A DNA stretch of 64,000 nt from Desulfobaccales bacterium (GTDB lineage: Bacteria > Desulfobacterota > Desulfobaccia > Desulfobaccales > 0-14-0-80-60-11): assembly GCA_041648175.1 (NCBI GenBank), contig JBAZPO010000006.1, positions 83,317 to 147,316 of the forward strand, written 5' to 3'. Within the stretch, counting starts at the first letter, position 1; each line of letters begins with the position of its first letter. The notes beneath the pieces are model-generated. The model was given only the letters and a program-made list of their open reading frames with translations, had not been told where the DNA came from and did not search any database. Positions 55,754 through 64,000 of this stretch are shown in pieces. The translations under genes and the position numbers were made by a program.

Positions 55754-56083
55754 TTACTTCGCCGCGGGGGTGGTTTCCATGTGGCCGCCAGCTTTCTTCT
55801 CGGCTCCGCCTTTTTTGGTCGCCTTCTTGGTCTCTGGCTTGGCCGGATTGGCCTTTTCCTTGTCTCCCGGTTTCACCACTTCTTTGGTCTTGTCTCCGGT
55901 CTTGACTGCTTCTTTGGCCGCGGGCTCGCCGGGCTTGGTGGCTTCCTGGGGAGTTACCTGGGTCTGGGCCTGAGTGCTCTTGACCTCGGGTTTCTCCGGG
56001 GTTTTAGCAATCTGGGCCTGGGCCGCGGCCGCGAGCCCCAGGGCAAAAGTCATGGCAGTCAGCGTGCTGATAATCTTTTTCAT
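55754..56083 (-). CDS. secreted low-complexity K/P/E/T/A-rich protein
   Basis: Signal peptide MKKIISTLTAMTFALGLAAAAQA, then repeats such as KPGEPAAKEAVKTGDKTKEVVKPGDKEKANPAKPETKK. Confidence 0.55.
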   Translation of the reverse strand: MKKIISTLTAMTFALGLAAAAQAQIAKTPEKPEVKSTQAQTQVTPQEATKPGEPAAKEAVKTGDKTKEVVKPGDKEKANPAKPETKKATKKGGAEKKAGGHMETTPAAK

Positions 56084-56481
56084 TCGGTTTTTCTCCTACC
56101 GGTTTAATGGGACCGCCTGTTGCGATCTACATTCTATGAATGCATAAAGCTTGCCAGAAATTGAACCGACCACCTTATTATCAACCATTTGATTTTAATA
56201 GATTAATAGCAGATCGAGCCAGCTAACCGCTGGAGTCTCTGCAGCCCCCCTCTCCTTTAAATCTAAAAATGAGAGAAAGTGCAGTTCGCCTGCCATTTCT
56301 GTATCAAATTGACAAAATTGCCTGGAGCCTTCCGGCCAAGACCAAGCCGGCACGAAGTGCCAAGACCTACCTCCCTTGCCGGTCAGGCTTTCGGACAGGA
56401 AAAGAATTGAATCTTAAGACGGCTTGGTTACTACATCTTGTAGCAATTTCCCGAAGGTATGGTGGGGAGAGTGCAGGGGGT

Positions 56482-56520
56482 GAAAAAGTTCAAGGGCTGA
56501 GGATTTCCCCTAAGCCCTTG
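56482..56520 (-). terminator. intrinsic terminator downstream of tRNA-Arg
   Basis: Minus strand: CAAGGGCT - 14 nt - AGCCCTTG, followed by AACTTTTTC. Confidence 0.65.
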
Positions 56521-56530
56521 AATAATTCTT

Positions 56531-56607
56531 TGGTGGGCGATGGGCGACTCGAACGCCCGGCCTTTGGTTCCGGAGACCAACGCTCTATCCACCTGAGCTA
56601 ATCGCCC
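56531..56607 (-). tRNA. tRNA-Arg (anticodon CCG), CCA encoded
   Basis: Reverse complement is GGGCGAT-TA-GCTC-AGGTGGATA-GAGC-G-TTGGT-CTCCGGA-ACCAA-AGGCC-GGGCG-TTCGAGT-CGCCC-ATCGCCC-A-CCA. All four stems pair. 77 nt. Confidence 0.9.
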
Positions 56608-56811
56608 TCTCAAAAAATCATATCAAATTCGGGGTCTCTGTCAAGGTAGATCGGAAGCTCAGGGTGGCTCATGATCTTGTCAGGGCGGGATAAATCAGAA
56701 CCCGTACTGAAAACAATTTTTTAATGCTGAATTACTTCCAGACGAAGCAAATGGCGGCCGTTGATCATAACAGCTACGGATTAAATTGTTCAGGGGGGTT
56801 CTTGGGCCGCG

Positions 56812-57879
56812 TCAATTCCATAATTTTACTGTCACAAAGGGGCCCTGGTTTACCGGCGGGGTCTCGCCCTGGGCCACCCACAGGAGGCGCTCCCCGGGAT
56901 TAAAGATGGCCGAGACCGCGGTGCCGGCATTGGCAACTTGGGTATCGGCGAGAATGCTTTGGATATCTTGCTCCCCCACCTGCCGATCCCGGGCCAGGTG
57001 CTGGAGGCGCTCATTGCGGGCCTGGCTGTAGGCTTCGGAGAAATGATAGGCGGAGAGGGTGGAATGGGGAGGAGGCGGAGGAAAGCGCCCTTTCAGTACC
57101 TGCATGGCCGGGCTTTGAAAATGATTGGTGGTGGTGAGGACCCCATGGTGGGGACGGCGCACCACGCCATGCCGGGCCGAGAGCTCTAGCACCACGGCTT
57201 CTTTGGGACCGCAGAGCAATAGATTGTTGCCGATGGTGCCGGGTGATTTCAGGACACGCGCGGCCACCGCACTCACGGTATCTCCGTCTTCCAGGGCCTG
57301 CCGGTAGCGCAGCGCCGCCGGAATCCCTTTAAGGGAACGCTCCCGGCTCATGGCAGAGAGTTGGGCCAGGGCCACACCGGCATAATTCATGCCGGTGCAG
57401 ATCCCCACATATCCCGGCCAGGCTAACGAGACCAGACGTTGCCCCTGATGCGGTTCCAGGAGAAATAGGGTCTTGAGTTGAGCCAAGGGTTCGATGAAGA
57501 GCGGGTAATCCAGGTTGCGCCCCATGAGATAAGCCCGATCGGCGGTGCGGCGCTCTCCTACCGCCAAGGCCGAGCACCGGGGGCTGTTGTTAGCCAGATC
57601 ATCCACCACATTGATGAGCAGCAGGCTGCCCAGCCCCAAATCGGCTCCGGCCGCGACCCCGGCCAACTCCTCTCGCAGGTGTGGCGGGATGTGGGGTAAA
57701 AACCCCCGGGCCAGCCAGGTAAGGAGGCCGAACAAAGGTAGGGCTCCGGCATACAGACTGATCCGGGCCAGGTAGGTCAAGAGGACCCGCCGCAGCACGC
57801 GGATGTCGTCGCCCAGGATTTGCCCGTGGCGACGGCCCCGCTCCGTGGGGGACCCCCAGAGCTCCAGCGTACGCAGCAT
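56812..57879 (-). CDS. C45-family Ntn hydrolase / acyl-CoA:6-APA acyltransferase-like protein
   Basis: GSPTERGRRHGQ... and the candidate nucleophile context SPRCSALAV, then GRNLDYP and WPGYVGICTGMN. Start chosen at MLRTLELWG. Confidence 0.65.
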   Translation of the reverse strand: MLRTLELWGSPTERGRRHGQILGDDIRVLRRVLLTYLARISLYAGALPLFGLLTWLARGFLPHIPPHLREELAGVAAGADLGLGSLLLINVVDDLANNSPRCSALAVGERRTADRAYLMGRNLDYPLFIEPLAQLKTLFLLEPHQGQRLVSLAWPGYVGICTGMNYAGVALAQLSAMSRERSLKGIPAALRYRQALEDGDTVSAVAARVLKSPGTIGNNLLLCGPKEAVVLELSARHGVVRRPHHGVLTTTNHFQSPAMQVLKGRFPPPPPHSTLSAYHFSEAYSQARNERLQHLARDRQVGEQDIQSILADTQVANAGTAVSAIFNPGERLLWVAQGETPPVNQGPFVTVKLWN

Positions 57880-57950
57880 ATACCCTTCCTTAATCAGCCC
57901 CTTGAGATCCACAGCCCGCTGGCTTGTGCCCACGATGGTTTTTCACGGCA

Positions 57951-58472
57951 TCATTTGGCAAGCGACCCAAGCCTTTTCAAGTCCATCTGTTGCGCCGCGG
58001 TTTTTAATACCTCGAGATTATCGATGCCCTCACCATCGAGTTTTACCCAGAACCGGTCGGCCACACTGATGTTCAACTCACCCTGCTTGTCCCGCTGGCG
58101 GTAGGATTCCAGGGCTCTGAACCCCTGTACCTCGGTGGTGCGCACGGTCACTTCGGTACTTTCTATTTCCGGTTGTTGCCCCGTTAAAAAGGGGATGGGC
58201 TTCCCCAGGAAATCCATAATGATAATCTCGAGGGTCATGTCGCCAGCCCGGAAGGAGACCCTGGCTTCGCTCACCATCCCCTTGCCCTGCTTCAGGGTAG
58301 TACCGCAGGGCTTGCCTATCATAGCCCAGCCGGGGATTTTAATATCCATAAATGACAGCAGTTCCTGAAAATTGACCACCTCCGCCCGGGCTGGCAAGGC
58401 CAGGGTGCAGAGTATCACTAATAAGCCCAACAAGGTCATCGGCCGGCTTATTTTCATGGGATGGCCAGGCAT
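57951..58472 (-). CDS. secreted hypothetical protein
   Basis: Signal peptide (MTLLGLLVILCTLALPARA). No recognised domain. The start is ambiguous (58490, 58472 or 58457). Confidence 0.5.
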   Translation of the reverse strand: MPGHPMKISRPMTLLGLLVILCTLALPARAEVVNFQELLSFMDIKIPGWAMIGKPCGTTLKQGKGMVSEARVSFRAGDMTLEIIIMDFLGKPIPFLTGQQPEIESTEVTVRTTEVQGFRALESYRQRDKQGELNISVADRFWVKLDGEGIDNLEVLKTAAQQMDLKRLGSLAK

Positions 58473-58526
58473 AGTTTTCCCCTGTGACAAACCTCTAAAA
58501 TTTCTCCATGAGAAAACCCCGGGGAG

Positions 58527-58934
58527 TTATAGGCTTTCCCGGGAGTATTTCAACCAAAACGCGGTGGTCAGTCCCCAAATGATTCCAAAAAAAGTAATCA
58601 GGACCGGCGCCGTATAACCCAGTTCCAGCCCAAGCAGGCCTCGCCCCATTTTCGGGAAGATAACCAGCAACTGCACCAGCGTCTGCCCCAAGCTGTAGAG
58701 TGCCCCCCTGGTATAGTAAGACATCTTAAGGGGCAAGAAAAACAAGAACGCCCAGATGCCACCCCACACCATGTGCTGATAAATCCACATGGGGGTCAGG
58801 GGCATGGCCATCTTGAATCCAAGCAGGGCGTTGAGGCCGGCGGCACCGAAGCCCCAGGCCACGATGGCCTTAACCAAGCCGCCGAAAGCGCCGGCGGCAA
58901 AAATCAGGCTGAGGTTGCGATAAAAGTTGTTCAT
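58527..58934 (-). CDS. 4-TM membrane protein, paralogue B (unknown family)
   Basis: MNNFYRNLSLIFAAGAFGGLVKAIVAWGFG...VWGGIWAFLFFLP... aligns with 59116..59526. AAGGA RBS. Confidence 0.55.
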   Translation of the reverse strand: MNNFYRNLSLIFAAGAFGGLVKAIVAWGFGAAGLNALLGFKMAMPLTPMWIYQHMVWGGIWAFLFFLPLKMSYYTRGALYSLGQTLVQLLVIFPKMGRGLLGLELGYTAPVLITFFGIIWGLTTAFWLKYSRESL

Positions 58935-59115
58935 ATGCGTTCCTTTGCAATGAGGGTCAAGGTGGTTGACCGGATTGGCAGGCAAATTTCAGGATTATCT
59001 GATTGACGTAATTTTAAAATATTTTTCTCCAGGCCCCAAAAAGTTTTCATGGCGGAGGCGAGAATTTCTCTGGAGGAATCGTGGTTGAGTTAGTGGTTTG
59101 GGGACCGGGCTAAAC

Positions 59116-59526
59116 TTATTTTCGGCGCACCAGGTTCAACCACCATGCCGCGGCAACTCCCCAGACGGCGTTATAGAACAACACGAACACAGGCGTGAGC
59201 GCGCCAAGTTCCAGGCCCAAAGCGCCTTTGTGGGCTTGGAGGGGAAATACCAGGAAAAGTTGCACCAGACTGGGACCCAGGCTGAAGAGCAAGCCCCTAA
59301 TCGGAAATGACACCCGGCCCATCGGCACCAGGAACAACAAACCCCAGAGCCCGCCCCACACCAGCTTGGGGTAGAGCAGGGCGGTGGAAAGCGGCGGGCC
59401 GATTTGGACCCCGAGGGCCTGGGCGATTCCCAGCCAACCAAACAGCCAGACTGCCAGGCAGTTGAGCAAGCCTCCGAAAAGCCCGGCCACAAAAACCAGG
59501 GAGAGATTTTTCAGGGAAAGGTTCAC
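59116..59526 (-). CDS. 4-TM membrane protein, paralogue A (unknown family)
   Basis: MNLSLKNLSLVFVAGLFGGLLNCLAVWLFG...VWGGLWGLLFLVP.... GTG start after GAGGAGG. Confidence 0.55.
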   Translation of the reverse strand: MNLSLKNLSLVFVAGLFGGLLNCLAVWLFGWLGIAQALGVQIGPPLSTALLYPKLVWGGLWGLLFLVPMGRVSFPIRGLLFSLGPSLVQLFLVFPLQAHKGALGLELGALTPVFVLFYNAVWGVAAAWWLNLVRRK

Positions 59527-59544
59527 GGTAACCTCCTCAAGAGA

Positions 59545-61176
59545 TTATTTGAGACTCCTGATGAACTTTCTCCGATCTCGGCCCCGCCTGCCGTAGGCGT
59601 AGATCAAATGCTCGACCCGCGGCCGGTCATCACCGAGATGAAAAGAAAACGCCCGGTCTTCAATGACCCGGTCGGCCACGGTCATCCGTTCGTGTTGCCG
59701 CCGGTGCTCCATCCAGGTTTCCATAATAAAGGTTTCTATAAAGCGGCCCGGATTGGTGGTATCCTGAAACAGCCCCCAGCGGATGGCGCCGTCGCGGCGC
59801 CGGATGACGCCCAAGGCCCGCATGGCCTGGGCAAATTCTCGGGCCTCCCGGAGGTTAATCAGGTACTCCACCGTTACCAAAACTGGACCTTGTTCCGGTT
59901 TGGGCTCAAGGATCAGGTGAGGTTCAGGCCAGTGGAGAGACGGAGTCAGGTCCGAGTCCTCATCCAGGATGACCCGATAGCGGATGGCGGCCAGGAGCCC
60001 CAGAACCAGACCTCCGGCGGAGTAGAGCAGGGCGGCCTTGAGGTCTTGATGCGTGGCCACCGCGCCCCAAATGACGCTGCCGCCACTCAAGCCGCCGGCA
60101 AAAACCAGCATAAAGACGGCCAGTACCCGGGCCCGCACCCAGGCCGGGACCGCAATCTGGATGGCCACATTGAAGATGGAAACTATCACCAGCCAGGCGC
60201 AGCCACTGACCACCATGGCCATTACCAAGACCATCATGGTGGGCACCAGAGCCAGGACCGCGATCATAGCGGCGGCGAGTATGGTCATGCCGGCCAATAG
60301 GACCTCGCCGGGAATCAGGCGTTGCATCCGGGGCAAAAGTAAGGCGCCGCCCACCGCGCCGGCCCCGAAACATCCCAAGAGGATGCCGTAGTCGGCGGAA
60401 CTGCCGCCCAGTTCATAGCGGACCACCAGGGGGAGAAGCGCCCACAGGGAGCTGCTAAAAAAGATGAAGATACCGACCCGCCAAAGCACGGCCTGTAACT
60501 TCGGGGAATGGCGGACATAGCGCAGCCCGGTGTGGATGGCGGCGGCCATGCGTTCCGCGGGCAAAGCGGTGTCGGTGACCGGGCGCTCCCAGCGGTACAA
60601 GACCACCATTACCGCCAGGAAAGAAAGGGCATTGAGGGCAAAGGTGGCTCCGGCTCCGGCTGTGGCCACGAGGATGCCTCCCAGCGCCGGTCCCACGGCC
60701 CGGGATACATTAAATCCGGCGCCGTTCAAGGAAATGGCCTGGGTCAGTTCGCAACGGGGCACCAGTTCGGGCATAATGGCCTGCCAGGCCGGGGCATTCA
60801 TGGCGGCGCCCAGGCCCAGCAGAAAGGTGAAACTCAGCAGCACCCACGGCGAGGCGGCCCCCAGGAAAGTCAGGGCGGCCAGGAGTGCTGCGGCCACCAT
60901 CATCCAGGCCTGGGTCACCAAGAGCAGCCAGCGACGGTCGATAATATCCGCCAGGGCCCCGGCGGGCAGCGCCAACAGGAACATGGGCAAGATGCTGGCG
61001 GCCTGGACCAGGGCCACCATAACCGGAGAGGTGGAGAGCGACGTCATGAGCCAGGCCGCGCCCACGCTTTGCATAAAGGTGCCGATATTGGAAACAATGG
61101 TGGCAATCCATAAGGCCCGGAACACCGGATGGCTGAAGGGGATCCAAGGCGAGATGGCGGCAGCGGCAGTTTTCAT
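59545..61176 (-). CDS. MFS transporter (MFS_3/EntS-like) with ~130-aa cytoplasmic C-terminal domain
   Basis: 12 predicted TM helices (FRALWIATIVSNIGTFMQSVGAAWLM...). The soluble tail is VLVTVEYLINLREAREFAQAMRALGVIRRRDGAIRWGLFQD. Start set at MKTAAAA. Confidence 0.75.
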   Translation of the reverse strand: MKTAAAAISPWIPFSHPVFRALWIATIVSNIGTFMQSVGAAWLMTSLSTSPVMVALVQAASILPMFLLALPAGALADIIDRRWLLLVTQAWMMVAAALLAALTFLGAASPWVLLSFTFLLGLGAAMNAPAWQAIMPELVPRCELTQAISLNGAGFNVSRAVGPALGGILVATAGAGATFALNALSFLAVMVVLYRWERPVTDTALPAERMAAAIHTGLRYVRHSPKLQAVLWRVGIFIFFSSSLWALLPLVVRYELGGSSADYGILLGCFGAGAVGGALLLPRMQRLIPGEVLLAGMTILAAAMIAVLALVPTMMVLVMAMVVSGCAWLVIVSIFNVAIQIAVPAWVRARVLAVFMLVFAGGLSGGSVIWGAVATHQDLKAALLYSAGGLVLGLLAAIRYRVILDEDSDLTPSLHWPEPHLILEPKPEQGPVLVTVEYLINLREAREFAQAMRALGVIRRRDGAIRWGLFQDTTNPGRFIETFIMETWMEHRRQHERMTVADRVIEDRAFSFHLGDDRPRVEHLIYAYGRRGRDRRKFIRSLK

Positions 61177-61393
61177 GGTAGAGGCAAGGACGGTTGTTTG
61201 TTTTAAAATCAGCCTCGATTTCTCAACCGCAGAGGGCACTTATTTCAATATAAGCATCGATCCGGGTTTGTCATGCCTGTAAGGGTTTTAGGGGTTGATG
61301 ACGGATAACGGCAATATGGTTAATGAAATTATGCGGGCAGGGAAAACGGGGGCCTGAGTTCCTCAGACCCCCGCGGCTTACGATGCGTTGGAA

Positions 61394-63022
61394 TTAACCC
61401 AGGATGGCCTTCAGGTCCTCATCCGGGGTGGTGATGGGCATGATGTTGAAGTTCTTCACCAGCACGTCCAGGACGTTGGGAGTGATGAAGGCCGGGAGGC
61501 TGGGTCCCAGGCGGATGTTCTTGATGCCCAGGTAAAGGAGAGTCAGCAAGATGGCCACCGCTTTCTGTTCGTACCAGGAGCAGATGATGGACAGGGGCAG
61601 GTCGTTGACTCCCACCCCGAAGGCGTTGGCCAGGGCCAGGGCGATTTGCACCGCGGAGTAGGCATCGTTGCACTGGCCTATGTCCAACAGCCGGGGGATG
61701 CCGCCGATGTCGCCCAGCTCTTTGTCAAAGAAGCGGAACTTGCCGCAGGCCAGGGTCATGACCACGGTATCCTTGGGGGTCTTCTCCACGAACTCGGTAA
61801 AGTAGTTGCGGGTGGGCTTGGCCCCGTCGCAGCCGCCCACCAGGAAGAAGTGGCGGATTTGCTTGTTCTTGACTGCGTCGATGACCGCTCCCGCCACGCC
61901 CAGGACGGCGTTCCGGGCAAAACCGGTCATGACGGACTTGCCATTGCTGTCCTCGGCAAACCCCGGCATGGCCAGGGCCTTGTCTATCACCGGCTTAAAA
62001 TTGAGATCCGGGATGTGGGTGATGCCGGGCCAGCCCACCAGACCCCGGGTGAACAGGTTGGGGGCATAAATCTCCTGAGGCCGCTGGATGCAGTTGGTGG
62101 TCATGACGATGGCGCCGGGGAACTGGGGGAATTCCTTGGCCTGGTTCTGCCAGGCGGTGCCGAAGTGGCCGTAGAAATGGGGATACTTCTTGAGACCGGG
62201 GTAGCCGTGGCAGGGGAGCATCTCGCCGTGGGTATAGACGTTGATACCTTTGCCTTCGCTCTGTTTCAGGATCTCTTCCAAATCCAGGAGGTCGTGCCCG
62301 GAAACCAGGATGGCCTTGCCTTTCTTATGCCCCAGGGGGACCTTGGTGGGCACCGGGTGGCCGTAGCGGCCGGTGTTGGCCGCGTCAAGCAATTCCATAG
62401 TCCGCAAGTTGATCTCGCCGCATTTCAACACCAGCGCCAAGGCGTCGTTCAAGCCCATATCTTTGGCCGCGGTGGCGGCCAGACCCTCGTGGATGAAGGC
62501 ATAGACCTTTTCGTCTTCTTGCCCCAAAATCCGGGCGTGATCGGCGTAGGCGCAGACTCCCTTAATGCCGAAAAGCAGGGTGTGTTTGAGGGCCAGGATA
62601 TCGGGGTCAGCGGCGGGATAGGATTTGAGGCCCACCGTTTCCGCCTGTTTCAGCAAACCTTCCAGGGTGGCTTCGGGCTTTAAGGTGGCGGGACCCGCGC
62701 CTACATCCACCTTGCCGCCCGCCTTGGCGACTTTGGCTTTCAGTTGTTCCCTGAGTTCGACGCTCTTTTTGATCAACTTGACCAGGCGCTCGGGGTCGAA
62801 GTCCACGTTGGTCAGGGTCGAAAACGCCGCCTCGCAGGTGAAAACGTTGATATCCCGGTCGCTGACGCCCTTTTTACGACCTTCTACAGCCACCTGCGCC
62901 AGGCCCTGAAGACTATAAATCAATAAATCCTGGAGGGCCGCCACTTCGGGATTCTTACCGCAGACACCCTGAATGGTACAGCCCTCGCCTTTAGCCGCTT
63001 GTTCGCATTGATAACAAAACAT
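61394..63022 (-). CDS. hcp: hybrid cluster protein / hydroxylamine reductase
   Basis: MFCYQCEQAAKGEGCTIQGVCGK, then typical Hcp motifs throughout. AGGAGG RBS before this ATG. Confidence 0.9.
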   Translation of the reverse strand: MFCYQCEQAAKGEGCTIQGVCGKNPEVAALQDLLIYSLQGLAQVAVEGRKKGVSDRDINVFTCEAAFSTLTNVDFDPERLVKLIKKSVELREQLKAKVAKAGGKVDVGAGPATLKPEATLEGLLKQAETVGLKSYPAADPDILALKHTLLFGIKGVCAYADHARILGQEDEKVYAFIHEGLAATAAKDMGLNDALALVLKCGEINLRTMELLDAANTGRYGHPVPTKVPLGHKKGKAILVSGHDLLDLEEILKQSEGKGINVYTHGEMLPCHGYPGLKKYPHFYGHFGTAWQNQAKEFPQFPGAIVMTTNCIQRPQEIYAPNLFTRGLVGWPGITHIPDLNFKPVIDKALAMPGFAEDSNGKSVMTGFARNAVLGVAGAVIDAVKNKQIRHFFLVGGCDGAKPTRNYFTEFVEKTPKDTVVMTLACGKFRFFDKELGDIGGIPRLLDIGQCNDAYSAVQIALALANAFGVGVNDLPLSIICSWYEQKAVAILLTLLYLGIKNIRLGPSLPAFITPNVLDVLVKNFNIMPITTPDEDLKAILG

Positions 63023-63092
63023 GGTCAACCTCCTGAATTCTCTATTTTGAAAAACCCTTTGATCTGACTGGGCTTGAACCAAGGTTACAGGT

Positions 63093-63134
63093 AATTTAAT
63101 GCCAGCCCCGCCATGCCGCCTTGACTTAAGACAA
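63093..63134 (-). promoter_or_regulatory. candidate hcp promoter: CRP/FNR-type box TTGTCttaaGTCAA plus -10 TAAATT
   Basis: Minus strand: box at 63121..63134 and hexamer at 63093..63098. The distance from box centre to hexamer fits a class II (-41.5) arrangement. Confidence 0.35.
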
Positions 63135-63282
63135 AAGTTTCAACATTTTCTCAGCGCTGGGGAAAATTAGTCTCAATACGAAGATTTTGGAGGCCTTTGG
63201 GGCGGAGCACTGAGGCAGGAAATGCCACCTCCTTGAGGACTATTGACAAAATTGTTAGCCTCAAAGATAGACATTAATTTAC

Positions 63283-63308
63283 AAAAAACCACCCTCCGGT
63301 GATTTTTT
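63283..63308 (-). terminator. bidirectional hairpin terminator downstream of the MerR-family gene
   Basis: AAAAAACCACC-ctcc-GGTGATTTTTT. The stem is flanked by an A-run and a T-run. Confidence 0.5.
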
Positions 63309-63366
63309 GCGGTTGGGAAACTCCGACAAGGGCCAGGACCCGTGAGGTAATTTCCGGACGGTAGCG

Positions 63367-63729
63367 CTATTCCAGGATTTCCTTGAGGGCCAGCAACTCG
63401 TCTCGGATGGACTTGAGGAGAGTCAACACCTGGTTGTCCATGGGGACGGGGAAGGGTCGGGACGGCAGCAAGCGATGCTGCTCCGGCTTGTAGTGCATCT
63501 GGCGGCGCATGGCTGCCAGGCTCAGTTTTTCTTCTTCACGCAGACGCTTGATTTCAAAGATAAGCTGGATATCGGCAGGGCGGTAGAGGCGGTGGCGAGA
63601 GCCGCGGCGGTTGGGTTTCAGGAGTTTGCCCTGGTTCTCCCAATACCGCAGCACATGGGTTTTCACCCCGGTGATACGGCTTACCTCACCGATGGTGTAA
63701 AAGGCTTTGCGGGGGATATCCTCTTCCAC
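63367..63729 (-). CDS. MerR family transcriptional regulator
   Basis: FYTIGEVSRITGVKTHVLRYWENQGKLLKPNRRGSRHRLYRPADI is a MerR-type HTH. Confidence 0.8.
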   Translation of the reverse strand: MEEDIPRKAFYTIGEVSRITGVKTHVLRYWENQGKLLKPNRRGSRHRLYRPADIQLIFEIKRLREEEKLSLAAMRRQMHYKPEQHRLLPSRPFPVPMDNQVLTLLKSIRDELLALKEILE

Positions 63730-63754
63730 GCTCTCCGTTACGAGCCTCTATTGA

Positions 63755-63894
63755 GAAAAGTTCAAGGTTCAAGGTTCAAAGTTAACATAGTGTGCACACC
63801 GCGCTGCATTACCCAGGATTACGGCGGGCACGGAGGCCCGCCCCACCGGATTTTTCATGGTTTTGAGAAAGCCAAAAGGCTCTGGCGCGACTGC
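63755..63894. repeat. composite intergenic repeat, copy 2
   Basis: gaaaagttcaaggttcaaggttcaaagt ... ggcgggcacggaggcccgccccaccggatttttcatggttttgagaaagccaaaaggctc..gcgactgc. Compared with copy 1 it has about 40 extra bp between the modules. Confidence 0.6.
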
Positions 63895-64000
63895 AATAAT
63901 AAGTTGATCAAATGAAGCTTTTGTAGCTCGGTGATGGATCAAGCCTTTTAAACCGATCTTACCCCAAGAAGATTCGGGCGTCCAGCGCTGCGGCCCCCTT

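Noticed and set aside
52813-56530. Direct repeat of the tRNA-Arg 3-prime end (att site) or an integrase, which would prove a tRNA-targeted genomic island
   Set aside because: I could not find a second copy of the tRNA 3-prime segment, or any integrase or recombinase ORF. The island interpretation rests only on composition and position.
63150-63260. Sigma-54 type promoter (TGGCAT...TGC) upstream of hcp, and a similar GG/GC pair upstream of cstA (about 23360)
   Set aside because: The GG-to-GC spacing is wrong (two to four nt short of the TGGCAC-N5-TTGC geometry) in every candidate I checked.
63959-64000. Possible 3-prime end of a minus-strand gene (...KGAAALDARIFLG-stop) at the window edge
   Set aside because: Only 13 codons are visible, too short to support any call.

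Overview
High-GC chromosomal segment that looks deltaproteobacterial or from a related anaerobe (family-level guess only). It is mostly housekeeping and anaerobic-metabolism genes, densely packed and mainly on the minus strand. Confident calls: proA-nadD-rsfS plus an M48/TPR protease; cstA; mscL; hcp; a SulP transporter; a PpiD-like chaperone; a CHASE2 class III nucleotide cyclase preceded by two tandem FecR-domain paralogues; modB-modA-modC; an FmdE/molybdopterin-binding fusion; an ADP-forming acetyl-CoA synthetase-like protein; a Sir2 deacylase; a LuxR/GAF-kinase two-component pair; an IS1634-like transposase; and tRNA-Arg(CCG). Main points the ORF track hides: (1) the two ORFs 39301..40413 and 37666..39252 are one selenocysteine formate dehydrogenase alpha subunit, joined by an in-frame TGA in the CARTUH motif with a hairpin just downstream. 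(2) A rhodanese-domain gene (32347..32673) is also interrupted by an in-frame TGA in its active-site loop, again with a downstream hairpin, so it is a candidate selenoprotein. (3) Two Cys-rich genes under 60 aa flank a type-2-spaced rubredoxin. (4) An AT-rich islet beside the tRNA carries a B12-binding radical SAM enzyme and a small helical ORF. (5) A five-gene minus-strand cluster of mostly unknown function runs MFS, two paralogous 4-TM proteins, a secreted protein, and a C45 Ntn-hydrolase. (6) At least five families of short palindromic (REP-like) repeats occur, and one copy appears to be embedded in-frame in a LutB-LutC fusion linker. I found no CRISPR array, reverse transcriptase, integrase, or recognisable defence or toxin-antitoxin system. 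Many long ORFs in the track are antisense shadows of real genes, as expected at this GC content.
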